A stretch of 64,000 nucleotides of DNA from Zootoca vivipara (lineage: Eukaryota). The notes beneath the pieces are model-generated. The model searched no databases. It saw only the letters and a list, made by a program, of their open reading frames with translations, and was not told where the DNA came from. Made by a program: the position numbers and the translations under genes. Within the stretch, counting starts at the first letter, position 1. Each line of letters opens with the position of its first letter. The DNA is taken from contig NC_083285.1 in NCBI RefSeq assembly GCF_963506605.1, positions 52,638,001 through 52,702,000 on the forward strand, in the 5' to 3' direction. Shown piece by piece: positions 35,772-48,153 of this stretch.

Positions 35772-37561
35772 ATTTGCAGGTTCTGTCACACTGAAAAGTT
35801 ATCCGTTTAACTCTTCTATTCATATATAGCACTCAACGGAAAAAGTATGTATGGAAATGGAAAGCTGAGGGGGCCCAGTCCTCTCCACTACAGTGCCCTT
35901 GCTAATGAACTTCGGTTTACATTGCCAGGCAAGTTCTGCACCAAAGGACTTTAACTAGTTTGCTATAATGTGACAACTGCACTTGAGAGGCTGTTTGTGC
36001 TGTTACTCAAGAGAGACGGGCAGACAAATGAGCTTATGCTCAAGAACTTTAATTAAAAAAGAAAAAAACCCCACAGTTTCATACTGTATTATCATTTAAG
36101 TGAACAATATTTTTCATTTGGCTTTAACACATAAATTTCTCTCACACTTTTGAGGTTTGGAAATGTACCAGTTAAATACTAATGTAAACATTTTTTTTTA
36201 AAAAAAAAAATCAAGTTCTGGAATGTGTGGCTTTGGAAAGCTTTGGAAACAGCTTTGAGCTGCCTGTTTTTGTTTGCTTGTTCATTTTTTAATGCCTGCC
36301 TCGCATAGCATGAGATTTGGGTGGCATCTTCCAACACATCATCTTGCTGCAGGAAATGTCATCTTGGAACACTGCTGAAAGTGTGGTGGCAGCGGCAGCA
36401 TTTAGCAGACACAGAGCAATGACAGACTTTTTGTTTGGCCTTTCAAGTTCATCTTGGGGTGTGTTTTTTTTTTTTAAAAAAAAAACACCATGATGGGGCA
36501 TAAATTTAGTTCAGTTCACATTTTCATGCGAACCTGCCTAATTTGCATTTCCTGAAACCAGATGCAAGCTGAGACAGAGCTGTCCTTTAAAATCCACACC
36601 TTTCCAAATTTTGCGATGCAGGTTTCCAACCTGCATGCAAACATGTGTGCAAAAACACCAGCATGTGTGCAAAAATGAGTATATCAGGAGACGCATGCAT
36701 AAACACATATATTATGACCAAAACATGCAAAAATGCTTTAAGAACGCCAAAAAAAAAAATGCTTGCAAAACTGTGTACGTTGGTAGAAATTGCTTGCAAA
36801 AAATATGTATGGTAGGAGGAGGGCACACAAAAATACTGCTTTTTAAAAGTTGCAAGCTGTTGCGGAAGTGTCACAAACAACTAAAGTTTCGGAAAATGAG
36901 AAACTAAGAGAAACTGAAATTGACAGAACCGAGTGATGTTTTTCAGATGTCTCGTGGTGATAGTGCACTCCCCTCTCTCCTTGGATTTCAGTGAGAGGGG
37001 CCACTGCGGTGGCTGAAGTGGTGGATCAGTCAAGGTCATCTTTACCCGGGAGTGCAAGGGGTGTGGTGTACCTGGGTGCTGAATTCTGGGGGGCACCCAC
37101 CGCTGAAGCCGCGGGTTCATTCGCATGATTGTCGCTTTATTTTGTCATGTTCGCTGCTCCCCTCCTTAAAAGCCCAACAACTTTGAGCTGCCCCTCTAAA
37201 AAAGCTCAACAACTTTGACCACCCCCAAAAAAATTGGGAGCGCTGGGCGGATCTTTGCACCCTGGCACCAACATATGCTAAAGACGGCTCTGAGACCAGT
37301 CAGCGGGCAGGGGGTGGCATCTTCCCCTTTGGCCTCAGGTGGCGAGATGGGATGGTCCTCCGCTGAGCCAGACACACACCCTATACAACTCCTACGGAGC
37401 ATCTCCTACAGGAGTCGACATGCAGAGAGAGGATGGAAAAGGAAAGTCTCACTGAGCAGGTGGATACATGAAATGTTTGATGCAATACCAAGGAGCTTGC
37501 TCCCAGGTTAGTAGGGTTAGGATTGCAACCTAAATCATACGCTGCAGAGACATGTCAAAGT

Positions 37562-37599
37562 GTATCTGAAGAAGTGTGCATGCACACGAAAGCTCATAC
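37562..37599 (+). ncRNA. Minimal type I hammerhead ribozyme in a Penelope pLTR fragment (37560-37655)
   Basis: GTAT-CTGAAGA-A-GTGTG(CATG)CACAC-GAAA-GC-TC-ATAC: stem I, intact CUGANGA and GAAA core, stem II, palindromic AGCU stem III, UC cleavage site. Confidence 0.85.
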
Positions 37600-38624
37600 C
37601 AAAATATAAACTTAGTTGGTCTTTAAGGTGCTACTGAAGGAATTTTTTTATTTTGCTCTATTCTTAAAGTTACCCATCGTCCTGTGGTTCCACTAGTGGA
37701 AGTGTCCTGTCAGAGGAGTTCCACTCATGGGATGAGTCCATAAGTGGATGGGGTACAAAAGCATTTGGGTTTTGTTTTGTTTTTTACTCGTTTCCCCTTC
37801 CCTTGCTACCTCCCCCCCCCCTCGAAAAAATCTTCTCTGGAGAGTTGGAGAACCCTCCAGAGCAGCATAGGGGGCTGCAGAGGGGGAAACCCACCCCATT
37901 CTTGCACTCCAGCAAGACCACCCCCTGGATCCCACTTCTCCTCATGAATGGAAGGTGGCACTCCACAGAGAGTTTGTTAGGATCCAAGCTGTGGTGTATG
38001 CATAACTAAATAAAGGCAATAAAAGGTTGTTGTTGTGCACAGAACCTTGGTTTCCAACCCCCCACTTCTGATTTTTCCATAGCTTTAGCTGTAGCTTTTC
38101 CAGGAATGTTTGGCTAGCTGGAAAATTTTACTTTTTATTTTTTCCCACTGACACCAGAGTAGTTCTCAAACAACAGGGAAAGCAGATACCTCATGCCATG
38201 AATCGATGCATGTGTGAGTAAATAGCTGCTTAATGATAAAATGAATGCTAATGGGATGCTGCTTTGGAGATCTCAGTTTGTAAATAAAATTAAGGCTTAA
38301 TGAGAGAGGTTGTTTAATGAGACGGAAGGGGATGGATGTTGGAGAAGGAAATAGATGAAGGGCCAACTCCCTTGGCATTCTTTCATCTGACTTTCTGCCT
38401 TGGTCTATTCCCCTGTGTTGCAAGTGGGACTTGGTGTTCTCAGCGTGGAAGCAAGCAACATTGGCCCACATACCATTCGTTCCACCTCGAATAGCCCACC
38501 TACCATTCGTCCCACCCTCCCAGCCAATCTCCACCTGCACAGCCCTGCTTTTTCGCACAGGAGCCCAATAATTTGGCAAGAAACTGGGCAAGCACCTCTT
38601 CTTTGCTAGCTTCAAGGTGTAGGC

Positions 38625-38832
38625 CGCACATTGTGGTTGTAGTGGTTAGAGCGCCAGACTAGGACCAGAGAGACCAGGGTTCAAATCCTCACTCAAATCC
38701 CCATGAAACTCACTGGGAGACCATGGGCTAGTCACAGCCTCGCAGGGCTCTTGCCAGGATTGAACAGAGAGGTGGAGAAGCATGTGCCCCACCTTGAGTT
38801 CCTTGGAAAAAAAGCTGGGCTATAAATACAAT
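38625..38832 (+). mobile_element. MIR/CORE-like tRNA SINE
   Basis: gtagtggttagagcg..gactaggacc..gagaccagggttcaaatcc head followed by a CORE-like body. Confidence 0.65.
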
Positions 38833-39117
38833 GATCAAGAGCAGAAACAGAGGACCAAGAAATGGTGTCAGCATGCCTCTCCCCAAGAGCCACCCCAGTC
38901 ATTGGTGATGGTGGGGAAGGAGCCTAAATTAGCCATTAGCTCAATCACTCACTAAGGAAAGCTCTTTGTGTCTCTCCTTTGTTCAGATTGGAAGGGAGGG
39001 TGAGAGTCCAATCCTGGCAAACAAGGACACGCACAGGCCACAGCCATCTCTCTTATTGCCCCAGTTATACACCCTCTTCGAGTGTGTTTCCCTGGCTGGC
39101 AGGAAACTTTGATAGTA

Positions 39118-39398
39118 CAGTGCTCCCTCGACTTACGAACTTAATCCGTTCCAAATGCACATTCGTAGGTCGAAAAGTCCGGAAGTCGAAACGCGGTTTC
39201 CCATAGGAAAAAAATATTCGGAAAAATTCATAAGTCGAAAAAACCGCATGTAAAAATTTGTAAGTCGAGGAAACCGCATTGAAAGCCGCCAACAGTTTCC
39301 GTTCAGATGTAGAAAAATTCTTAAGCGTGCGGCCATTTTTCCCGTTCATAAGTCAAAACCTACAGATGTCGAGTAATTCGTAAGTCGAGGGACCACTG
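39118..39398. mobile_element. Tc1/mariner (Tigger-like) MITE
   Basis: TA|CAGTGCTCCCTCGACTTACGAA ... TTCGTAAGTCGAGGGACCACTG|TA. Confidence 0.9.
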
Positions 39399-40479
39399 TA
39401 CCCCTGGCTTGCATGGACAGAGAGAGGTATGTATCTGTATAGAAAACTTTTCTGACTTGTGTATTTGAAAGGTAGCCCACTGTACATCACTTCCATTGCT
39501 CCACCCACTTCCTCCCTGGCCCTGCCCACCACCGGAATGTGGCTCCCGAAAGAGGGAAGGTCGGAAAAGTTTCCCCTGTTCTCGTTTAAAGCATCCTGAG
39601 AATGAGGCGGAAATAACAAGCCTCTTTGACTGGCAGAAGAGCACTTTCAAGATGCTGAGGGACAGGTTTCATCACTGTCCACGTTATGCGCACACAACTG
39701 TCTCGTTGCTTCTCTGCGGGTGACAGAGACGCACGCCTAAGCAGAGAGGAATTCCATAGAAAGTAGACCCAGGAGGGTTGTGCGAATCATCACTCCAAGA
39801 AGAGAGGTCACTTCCCAATCCGGTCCTACAACAGGCTGTTTCATGCTTGGCTCATTTTGCATGCTCTGCAATCTAATCACCAGCAGAAACCTGTCATTGC
39901 CTGACCTCTCTCTTCCCTAACAGGAGGATTTGCAGATGATCAGATCCGGCAAACAGTGCTCCCCCAGCCCCAAATCCAAATCCAACTTCCTTTTCAGCAA
40001 AGAAGTGATCCCCTCTCCTGAGTAATAATTTGGGCTATGCTGCACTGGCTTGACATCACCATCCCCTTTTTTGCGGGGGGCACACACACAACAACAACAC
40101 AAGCTTGCTGCTGCTTTATCCTGTAGCTTAAAATTCCACCTGCTCACCCCTCTCTGCAGCAACCTGATTGCTTCATCAGCCACTTTTGCCCTGTATCTGG
40201 GTGGCAGGGACACCTCTAAATTACATAGGAGAGGAGGAACCATATATATATATGGTGGGTTTGAACAACAAGATTAGGTAATCCATCAACAGGAGTATCC
40301 CTGCTGGAAATATTGCTCTTCCAGACAAAGGAAGTATCCTGCTGATACTGAATACTAAAAGGTTCTTGAGTTCTCTGCGCTCACCCTGAAGGCAGAAGAG
40401 GAGATTGTTTTGTTTCCTTTTGCAGGATATGGTCTGGCGAGTTTTGCTTGCAACTTTGTACAAGTAAATGGGAAGCAAG

Positions 40480-40480
<1 letters not shown>

Positions 40481-40528
<48 letters not shown>
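40481..40528. repeat. (TA)n microsatellite
   Basis: Read directly from the sequence. Confidence 0.95.
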
Positions 40529-40536
<8 letters not shown>

Positions 40537-40569
40537 CTGCAGAGACCAGAGCTACAACAGGGATGATAG

Positions 40570-41487
40570 GTAAAAAGGTAAAGGACCACTGGACGGTTAA
40601 GCCCAGTCAAGGGTGACTATGGGGTTGCGGCACTCATCTCGCTTTCAGGCCGAGGGAGCCGGCGGTTGTCCACAGACAACTTTCTGGGTCTTGTGGCCAG
40701 CATGACTAAACCGCTTCTGGTGCAATGGAAAACCATGATGGAGTCAGAGCGCACAGAAATGCTGTTTATCTTCCCACCAGAATGGTACCTATTTATCTTT
40801 TTTTTCCCAAATAATGTTTATTCATTTTCCAAATACAAAATCACAAAAAAAACTCAAAACAAGAAAAAACAAAAAATCAAAACATAAATAAAACATAAAA
40901 AAGAAACATCTCAAATCTTATATTATTTGCTTAACATTGTTGACTTCCTCAATTCCCCCCTCACTGGGTCCATTTTGAAATTCCAATTAAGCAGTTTTCA
41001 TCTTATGCCTTAAATTAATCTAACACGTTTTATCATTAACACTCAAATATTCTATTCTAAAAATATCATCTATTCTCCACCAATAATTAATCATTTTATC
41101 CAAATCAAAAATTATTTTCCCTTCCTTCTATCTTCTATTTCTCCCCTTAGCCTCAAAAAAATTACCACGAACTTTCCATAAATGTAAATATTAATTCTTC
41201 TATCATACTAACATTTAAACACATTATAACAAATTTAGCCCCCCTTCCCCTGAACTCAGGGTCTCCCAGATTCTTCAGCGAGTTCCATAAGTTCCAGTTT
41301 CGGACCATCTAAATCAATCAAAAAATCCTATTTATCTACTTGCACTGGCGTGCTTTCGAACTGCTAGGTAGGCAGGAGCTGGGACCGAGCAATGGGAGCT
41401 CACCCCGTTGCGGGGATTCGAACCGCCGACCTTCTGACTAGCAAGCCCAAGAGGCTCAGTGGTTTAGACCACAGCGCCACCCACGTC
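40570..41487 (-). mobile_element. Sauria SINE split by a poly(A) retroposon insertion
   Basis: SINE tail half at 40570-40798 and head half at 41327-41487 are collinear with the 10816 copy. Confidence 0.88.
40799..41326 (-). mobile_element. L1-like poly(A) retroposon 3' fragment
   Basis: Poly-T and TTTATT on the plus strand (AATAAA plus poly(A) on minus). 11-bp TSD CCTATTTATCT at 40788-40798 and 41327-41337. Confidence 0.75.
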
Positions 41488-42366
41488 TGTTGTAGCAGGG
41501 ATGATACAGCCTCCTTGGCACATCAGGAAAAGGCCTTCTCTTCACTGTATGGATTTAAAGGCATGCCATCCCATTTTAGACACCTGTGGCTTCTTCCCCC
41601 AAAGAATCCTTTGACCCAAAGGGTCATAAGTCAGTGAGTGGTAGAGCACCTGCTTCACTTGCTGGGGGTCTCAGGTGTCATTCCTGGCATCTCCAAAGAA
41701 AAAGTTAAGGATGTTGAGAGTTGTTAGGAAACTCCTGTTTCCCTCACAGAGAGCTACAGTTCCCAGGGAAGAGGGATGTACTGTGAAACCACTCTAGGAA
41801 TATTAGCTCTGTGAGGTGAACACTCTCAGCACCCTTTAAAAATCACACTTCCCAGGGTTCTTTGGGAGATGCCGTGAGGGTTTAATGTAGTATGATATGG
41901 CTTTAAATGTACAGTGCACATGCGAAGTTAGAAACAGATTGCCAGTACAGTTAAGGTGAAGTGCCGTCTGGCAAAAGGCTTAGGACAGGTGATCTGTGCT
42001 CATGGTGATGCTACTCTCCATCAGAGCACCTGGCTGGTGTTTTAGACAGCTGCCTTCCATTTTTATCACTGGGACGTTTTGATACACTTGCTTTTTAAAA
42101 AATATGTACTCCCTTCTTTTGGTTTTGTATTTCTTTCTGTTGCAAAGCTGCCTCTGAGTGCGGTCTGAGGGTGCAAATAATAAACTGATTGGCTAGAGAA
42201 CAAAAATCACTTCGTAGTCAGTCGTAGAGCACCTGCTTCACTTGCTGGGGGTCACAGGCTTCATTCCTGGCACCTCCAAAGAAAAAGATCAGGTAAATGG
42301 AAAAGGCCAGAGAGCTGCTGCCAGTCAGAGTATAAAACACTAGGCTAGAATTGGACACATGTTTTC

Positions 42367-42712
42367 AGGGAAGAGCCACAGCTCAGTGGTGGAGCCAGGC
42401 GCGGGGCACGGGGCCGGCAGGGGGGGTGCTGCGCGACGAAGCCGCATGGAAGCCATGCTGCGGCTGCGAGGGTGGGGGCGCCGGAGCAATCTCTGCGCCT
42501 CAGCGCCAGGGCGCCCGACCTGCTTGAGACGGCCCTGGGTGGAGCACCTGCTTTCCATGCAGAAAATTCCAGGATCAATCCCCAACATCTCCAGGTGGGG
42601 CTGGGAGAGAACTCTGTCTGAGAACTTTGAGAGATGCTGCCAGTCAGTGTAGACAATACTGAGCTAAACAGGACAATGGCCTGCCTTGGTATAAAGCAGC
42701 TTCCTGTGTTTC
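42367..42712 (+). mobile_element. tRNA-derived SINE interrupted by a hAT-like insert
   Basis: gggaagagccacagctcagtggt[insert]ggagcacctgctttccatgcagaaaattccaggatcaatcccc..gctgccagtcagtgtagacaatactgagct..gtataaagcagcttcct. Confidence 0.75.
42396..42537. mobile_element. 142-bp GC-rich hAT-like insert
   Basis: CAGG...CCTG termini. 8-bp TSD GGTGGAGC at 42388-42395 and 42538-42545. Confidence 0.75.
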
Positions 42713-42812
42713 TCTGATCCAACAGCTAGTTGCCCTGCAGAACTAAAGGGAAGCATGTTATGAACATCAGAAGAGACTGCTGACTCTTCTTATGTTTTGA
42801 CCCCAAGCATCA

Positions 42813-42999
42813 NNNNNNNNNNNNNNNNNNNNNNNNNNNNNNNNNNNNNNNNNNNNNNNNNNNNNNNNNNNNNNNNNNNNNNNNNNNNNNNNNNNNNNNN
42901 NNNNNNNNNNNNNNNNNNNNNNNNNNNNNNNNNNNNNNNNNNNNNNNNNNNNNNNNNNNNNNNNNNNNNNNNNNNNNNNNNNNNNNNNNNNNNNNNNNN
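42813..42999. other. Assembly gap (187 N)
   Basis: Run of N. Confidence 1.
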
Positions 43000-43529
43000 T
43001 CCCATTATTACAACCTGCTGTATTGTAAGCCACACTGATAATCGTTTCAGTTGAAAGGCAGGGTATACAAAATGAATAAGTAAAGCCTGGGTTTGAACTT
43101 CTTGGCTCATAATTCACATTCTTAGACAGTGGCAGAACATTTCAGCCTTCCAGGACACCCTCGAGCCAAGATACTTCAAAGGGAGACTGCACCATGAAAC
43201 TGCAGAGTTACAATACATCAAGAGTTTCGAAGCGATCACTTCTGGAGTGAACCTAACAAAGGATTTTGAGCACCTTATCTGTGTTGATAGGCTTACCAAT
43301 GCCGACATGTACCGTTTCCTCAAAAACTGTTTTGTGTTATGCATGTAGTCCTCGGTGCCTGCAATTTTCTGCATTTTACTTTTGACAGCCCCCATCACCC
43401 GACCACATAGATTGCTATAACACTTCATGCCCACCTAAGTTTATCCATAATACATGATCAAATGGTTGGTTCTTAGTTGTTGTTTTTTTGCTGCCCAAGA
43501 CTAAGATGGGCCCTCCTCTGGAAACATGT

Positions 43530-43708
43530 AGACAATCCTTCTGACAGTACGAGCTGTTTGACAGTGGAACAGACCCTCTCAGAAGCTGATGGAGGTTTCT
43601 AAGCAGAGGTTGGATGGCCACCTGCCTTAGCTGAGATTCTTGCATTGCAGAGGGTTGGACTAGAAGACCCTCAGGGTCCCTTCCAACTCTACAACTCTAT
43701 GATTCTGT
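43530..43708 (+). mobile_element. CR1 LINE 3' end
   Basis: ttctgacagt..gagctgtttgacagtggaacaga..agggttggactagaagaccctcagggtcccttccaactct..ctatgattctgtga. Confidence 0.8.
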
Positions 43709-46479
43709 GACACTGAACTAGTCCTCAAAAGTGTCCCCTAAAAGTTGAATGCTCTTTCCCAATATTTCTGCGTCAACCCACACTCCTTTGTCACAGCTAT
43801 TATAGCAAGCATCAAGAAGAGAAGGCTGGCTTTGCACCTCCCATCCTTGATAGTGATTTGTGGAGATTAGGGCTACTTTGGAGAGACGTAATTTGAAGGT
43901 TTCAGGGCTGGCTATCTGAAGCGATTTGCGATTGGCCAGGGCTGGCTAGCAGACTCTGATAGCTGCTTCAGAAACGACAGCAGCCGAAAAAGAAAGTCGT
44001 TCACAAATGGAAACTCAGTTTTGTCCCTTATCACAGTACCTTTTGTTTAGAGAGGCAGAATGTCTCGCACAGAGGCTCGGAGTCAACTTCTTAATGTGCA
44101 TTTCAATGATGAGAACTGGCTGCGCCCCACATGAATAAACTAGGACCAAGAGCCGCAGATGGCAAAGAACAAGTCTGTTGCGGGAAGATAGTCTCACGTG
44201 GACCAAAGCGAAGTGACCTTGCAGTGGCAGGGGAGATCTGCAGGCAAACATCATGCACAAGCAACTAGACTACGCAAAGGAGCCACTTGCTGATTTTTCC
44301 TAATTCCATTCAAAGTGGGGAGGGAAGGAACCTCCACAAAATGCAGGTTCCTTAAACTTTTAAATCATACTATTCCTTCTAAATTCTCTCCTTCTTTATG
44401 TCCCATTTCAGAGTAGTGGGGAGGGCTCATTTAGGGGGGGGGGGGCAGTCAAGATTCACAGCACAAGTTTGAAGCCAGAAGGTGGGGGGGTGCTGGGAGT
44501 TGCGGTCCAGCAGCTTCTAGAGTGCCACGGGGCTTCATCCTGCATCCCTCCTTCAATGGAAGCTCCTACTCCCTTGTGACCACACAGAGTTGAGACCCAA
44601 GCAGTGCTTTTTTTCAAGAAAAATAGGTGTTGGAAATCACAATGAAGTTCGGGCAGCCCCGAACAGATATCGGTTTGACAACAGCCACATCCACCTCCTG
44701 CTGAAAACTACAGCAAGCTGTCTCCCTAGCTGGTTTGGGGGTCATCCCTGGTTCTGGTGCAGGTCAAATAAATGGGCCCCCACCTCCCTCATTCTCTTAG
44801 ATTCAGGTGGATGGCTAGGACAGCTTTTGCACAAACACATGCAGGTGCAATGGGAGAGGCCTGGCTGGAAAGCTTAAAACCTGCCACCACTACGGGGGAG
44901 ATGGAATGAAGAAAAGGAAATACAAATTGCTCTCACCCCATAGATTGACCAATTGCAACTAGGAGGCGGGAGCGGCTAGAAGCTAAGTGGAGTCATAGCT
45001 CTAAAAGAAAGTGTAGACTGGTGCACGCTGTCCAGCTGCTGTTTTGACTTGAAAAGTTCATTTTGGGCTGCTCAGAAGTACGTAAAGGCAGGAAGCAGAT
45101 GGGGAGAGCAGCGGCCCACAATGGCACCCACCTGAGAGAGGTGCCGGAACTGCACTCCAGCTGAAAAAACACACCAGGCCCAAGGATTCAATGTCCTTGC
45201 TCTTTGCGTCACTTTAATCTGTGGCATTGTAAGGAGGGGACAGCCCCGTCGAACAGAGATTAGAAGAAGCATTACCTGAATATATTGGCAAGTCCCACAT
45301 TTGAAGAGGTTGTTCATCTTGCCACCCCTTGGAGCCATGCTCTATAAAGGTCAGGCAGCCAACGAATGGGGAAATCCCAGCATAAATTGATTAGCAAAAA
45401 AAAAGCTAGTAAGCAAAGGAAACGACGTGCTAACCCTCAAAAGCAATTTACTTTTAAGAGATGATTTGTTATTACTCTTTTGATTTCTCAGGGTGATAGA
45501 TGGATTTGGCATAGGCTCACTTTGCAAGTTGCGGGTCTTACTGCGTGCTGTTTGGCTTTGCTCTGCTAACACAATAAAATATGAGAAGAGGCTTACAAAA
45601 CAAAACAAAACAAAAACAACGAAGGAAAGGAAAAGGCAGGGAATGCTCACGGTTCGTAAGCCAGGCCTTACAAATCACAGTCAGTTTTCTTTTCCCTTCC
45701 TATGAATTGCTGATGCAAGAAGAATATATCTATCTATCTATGTACACACACACTTCCCCCTGGGATGCAATATAGAGAGAACTCAGTCTCAGGCCCTCAT
45801 GTTTCTCCAGAGATAAATGGTACCCAGTGGTTTCCTCCCCCCCTCCTGCCCCCGCAACAGATAGCAACAAAGACAGAATTAAAATAGCCTGTGGGTAACC
45901 AGTACCCATAAGTCTAAGGAAGTAAAAACTGGGGAGCAGACCTACAGAGGAATAAATAGGGAGGAGCTGGTCCGCACAATCCTGACCCCTGCCTAGTCTG
46001 CTCTCCCCAGCCAGCGAGTGTGTGTGTGTGTATGTTTTTACCTGCATAAGTTTGTTGGTCCTGTGAGATATCTGCCTGTATTCTCACTACATTTTTGAGA
46101 AGCAATTTCCCTTCATAAGCTGCTTTTTTACGTTTACTAACATTGTGTTGTAGGTTGGGGTGTGTGTGTGTCAGTCTGGATGATAAACCTGTGCAGTTGA
46201 GGTATAATTGATAAGTGGGATAGGAAATGAATCAGTTCCTTTGTTAAGATAGGGAACTAACGGTAAGCTAGCTAGTTAAGTACTGTCGCTTACATTAGAA
46301 AGAGGTTGCCCTGTTGCCATAAAGACAAATTGGAGTAACACCCCCCCCCCCCAGTTGGAAGTGATATCTCCTTGTAAGGTAGGAGAAGAATAGCCGGGGT
46401 GTTGTGTGAGTGTTTTGACTGATGCTGGAAACTGACAGCATTTGGCCTTGAGCCTGAGGTTCTTTCCTGCTCCCACTTT

Positions 46480-46702
46480 AAAGGTAAAGGACCCCTGACA
46501 GTTAAGTCCAGTTGTGAACGACTCTGGGGTTGCGGCGCTCATCTCGCTTTACAAGCCGAGGGAGCCGGCGTTTGTCCGCAGACAGTTTTTCCAGGTCATG
46601 TGGCCAGCATGACTAAGCCACTTCTGGTGAACCAGAGCAGCACACGGAAACGCCGTTTACCTTCCCGCTGTAGCGGTTCCTATTTATCTACTTGCACTTT
46701 GA
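46480..46702 (-). mobile_element. 5'-truncated Sauria SINE
   Basis: Collinear with the tail half of the 10816 copy. Confidence 0.85.
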
Positions 46703-46780
46703 TTACTTTGATTATCAATTACTTTGATAAAATACATATTTTGTTATGTGCAAATGGCTTTAGATACCTTTTAGGTCCAT

Positions 46781-47177
46781 AAAGGTAAACGTAAAAACGT
46801 AAAGGACCCCAGGACAGTTACGTCCAGTCAAAGGCGACTATGTGGTTGCGGTGCTTATCTCATTTTCAGGCCGAGGGAGCCGGCCTTTGTCCACAGACAG
46901 CTTTCCGGGTCATGTGGCCAGCATGACCAAACCACTTCTGGTGTAACGGGACACTGTGACGGAAACCAGAGTGCACAGAAACGCTGTTTACCTTCCCCCC
47001 ACAGCGGTACCTATTTATCTACTTGCACTGGTGTGCTTTCGAACTGCTAGCTTGGCAGGAGCTGGGACCGAGCAACGGGAGCTCACCCCGTCGCGGGGAT
47101 TCAAACCGCCGACCTTCCGATTGGCAAGCCCTAGGCTCAGTGGTTTAGACCACAGCGCCTCCGCCACCCGCATCCCC
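46781..47177 (-). mobile_element. Full-length Sauria SINE
   Basis: aaaggtaaa tail through to the tRNA head (gggattcaaacc..ggtttagaccacagcgcc). Confidence 0.88.
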
Positions 47178-48110
47178 TGATCCCAAAGAAGCTGCAGAAG
47201 ATCAGAGAACATCAGATCCTTGATCATACAGAAGCCAGCTACCAATAAGATGCACTGATTCCTAACTTCCTAGTGTCTCTCACCCTCTTAAGGTGTTGTT
47301 TATCCCCTCATGAGAAGCTGCCATTTTTGACAAGCCAAATGGCAGGCTCCAATTCCAAGGGGTGCCTCAGGATCCGCCCCATTTAAACAAAGGAGATAAA
47401 CAAATGCTAGTAACAAGCGACAGGCATTGGATAGCTTCAGCTACTGATGGAAGTCTGGATGTATTGTTTGTGCCTGAAAGAGGCCAGTTCTGAAATACAC
47501 TCCCTGTGATGATGGAGCTGTGGTTTCTAAAGAATGATGATGGATTCAACAGACGCCCGTGACTGTCTGACCCTCCAGTGTTTCTTGGCAATATGTGTGT
47601 TACTGGTAGGGATGCAGTGAGCCATGAGAAGCTGACTTCTCTTCCTATAATATATAAAAGTTAATTGCTTAACACATGGATTTGGCCAATTATGTGCAAT
47701 TCCTATGCCTTTGACATCTGAGGTATGTGTTTTCCGGACCCACCTTATTCCTGCGATTGTACTGTGTTTAAACTGCATTTAATTCTGAATTTTAAATTGG
47801 TGCAATCCACCCTGGGAACTGCTGGTGAAGAGCAGATAATGAATACAACAACAACAACAACAACAACAACAGTTGTTGTGGTCTTTAGCCAAGGTTCTGT
47901 GGCCTTCTAAATGTTGCTGGACTACAGCTCTCATCATCACTGTCCATTTGCCATTTGTAGATTTGCATTTGTAGATTCCTAAAATTGAATTTTAACATTG
48001 TATTTAATCTGCATTTTAATTGAATTGTATCTTTTATGCTTCCTTTGATATTCTTGTTGTTAGCTGCCCTGAGCCCGGTCTTGACTGGGAAGGGTGGGAT
48101 ATAAATACAG

Positions 48111-48153
<43 letters not shown>

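Noticed and set aside
40221-40387. Strong minus-strand acceptor (ctcctcttctgccttcag) followed by GERRELKNLL...
   Set aside because: No partner exon or homology, and the peptide runs into (TA)n-like sequence.
42767-43117. ORFs containing X runs
   Set aside because: Artefacts of the N gap.
43297-43414. Possible minus-strand exon NLCGRVMGAVKSKMQKIAGTEDYMHNTKQFLRKRYMSAL with a GTAAGC donor
   Set aside because: The acceptor lacks a polypyrimidine tract, there is no recognisable homology, and it cannot be chained convincingly to other exons.
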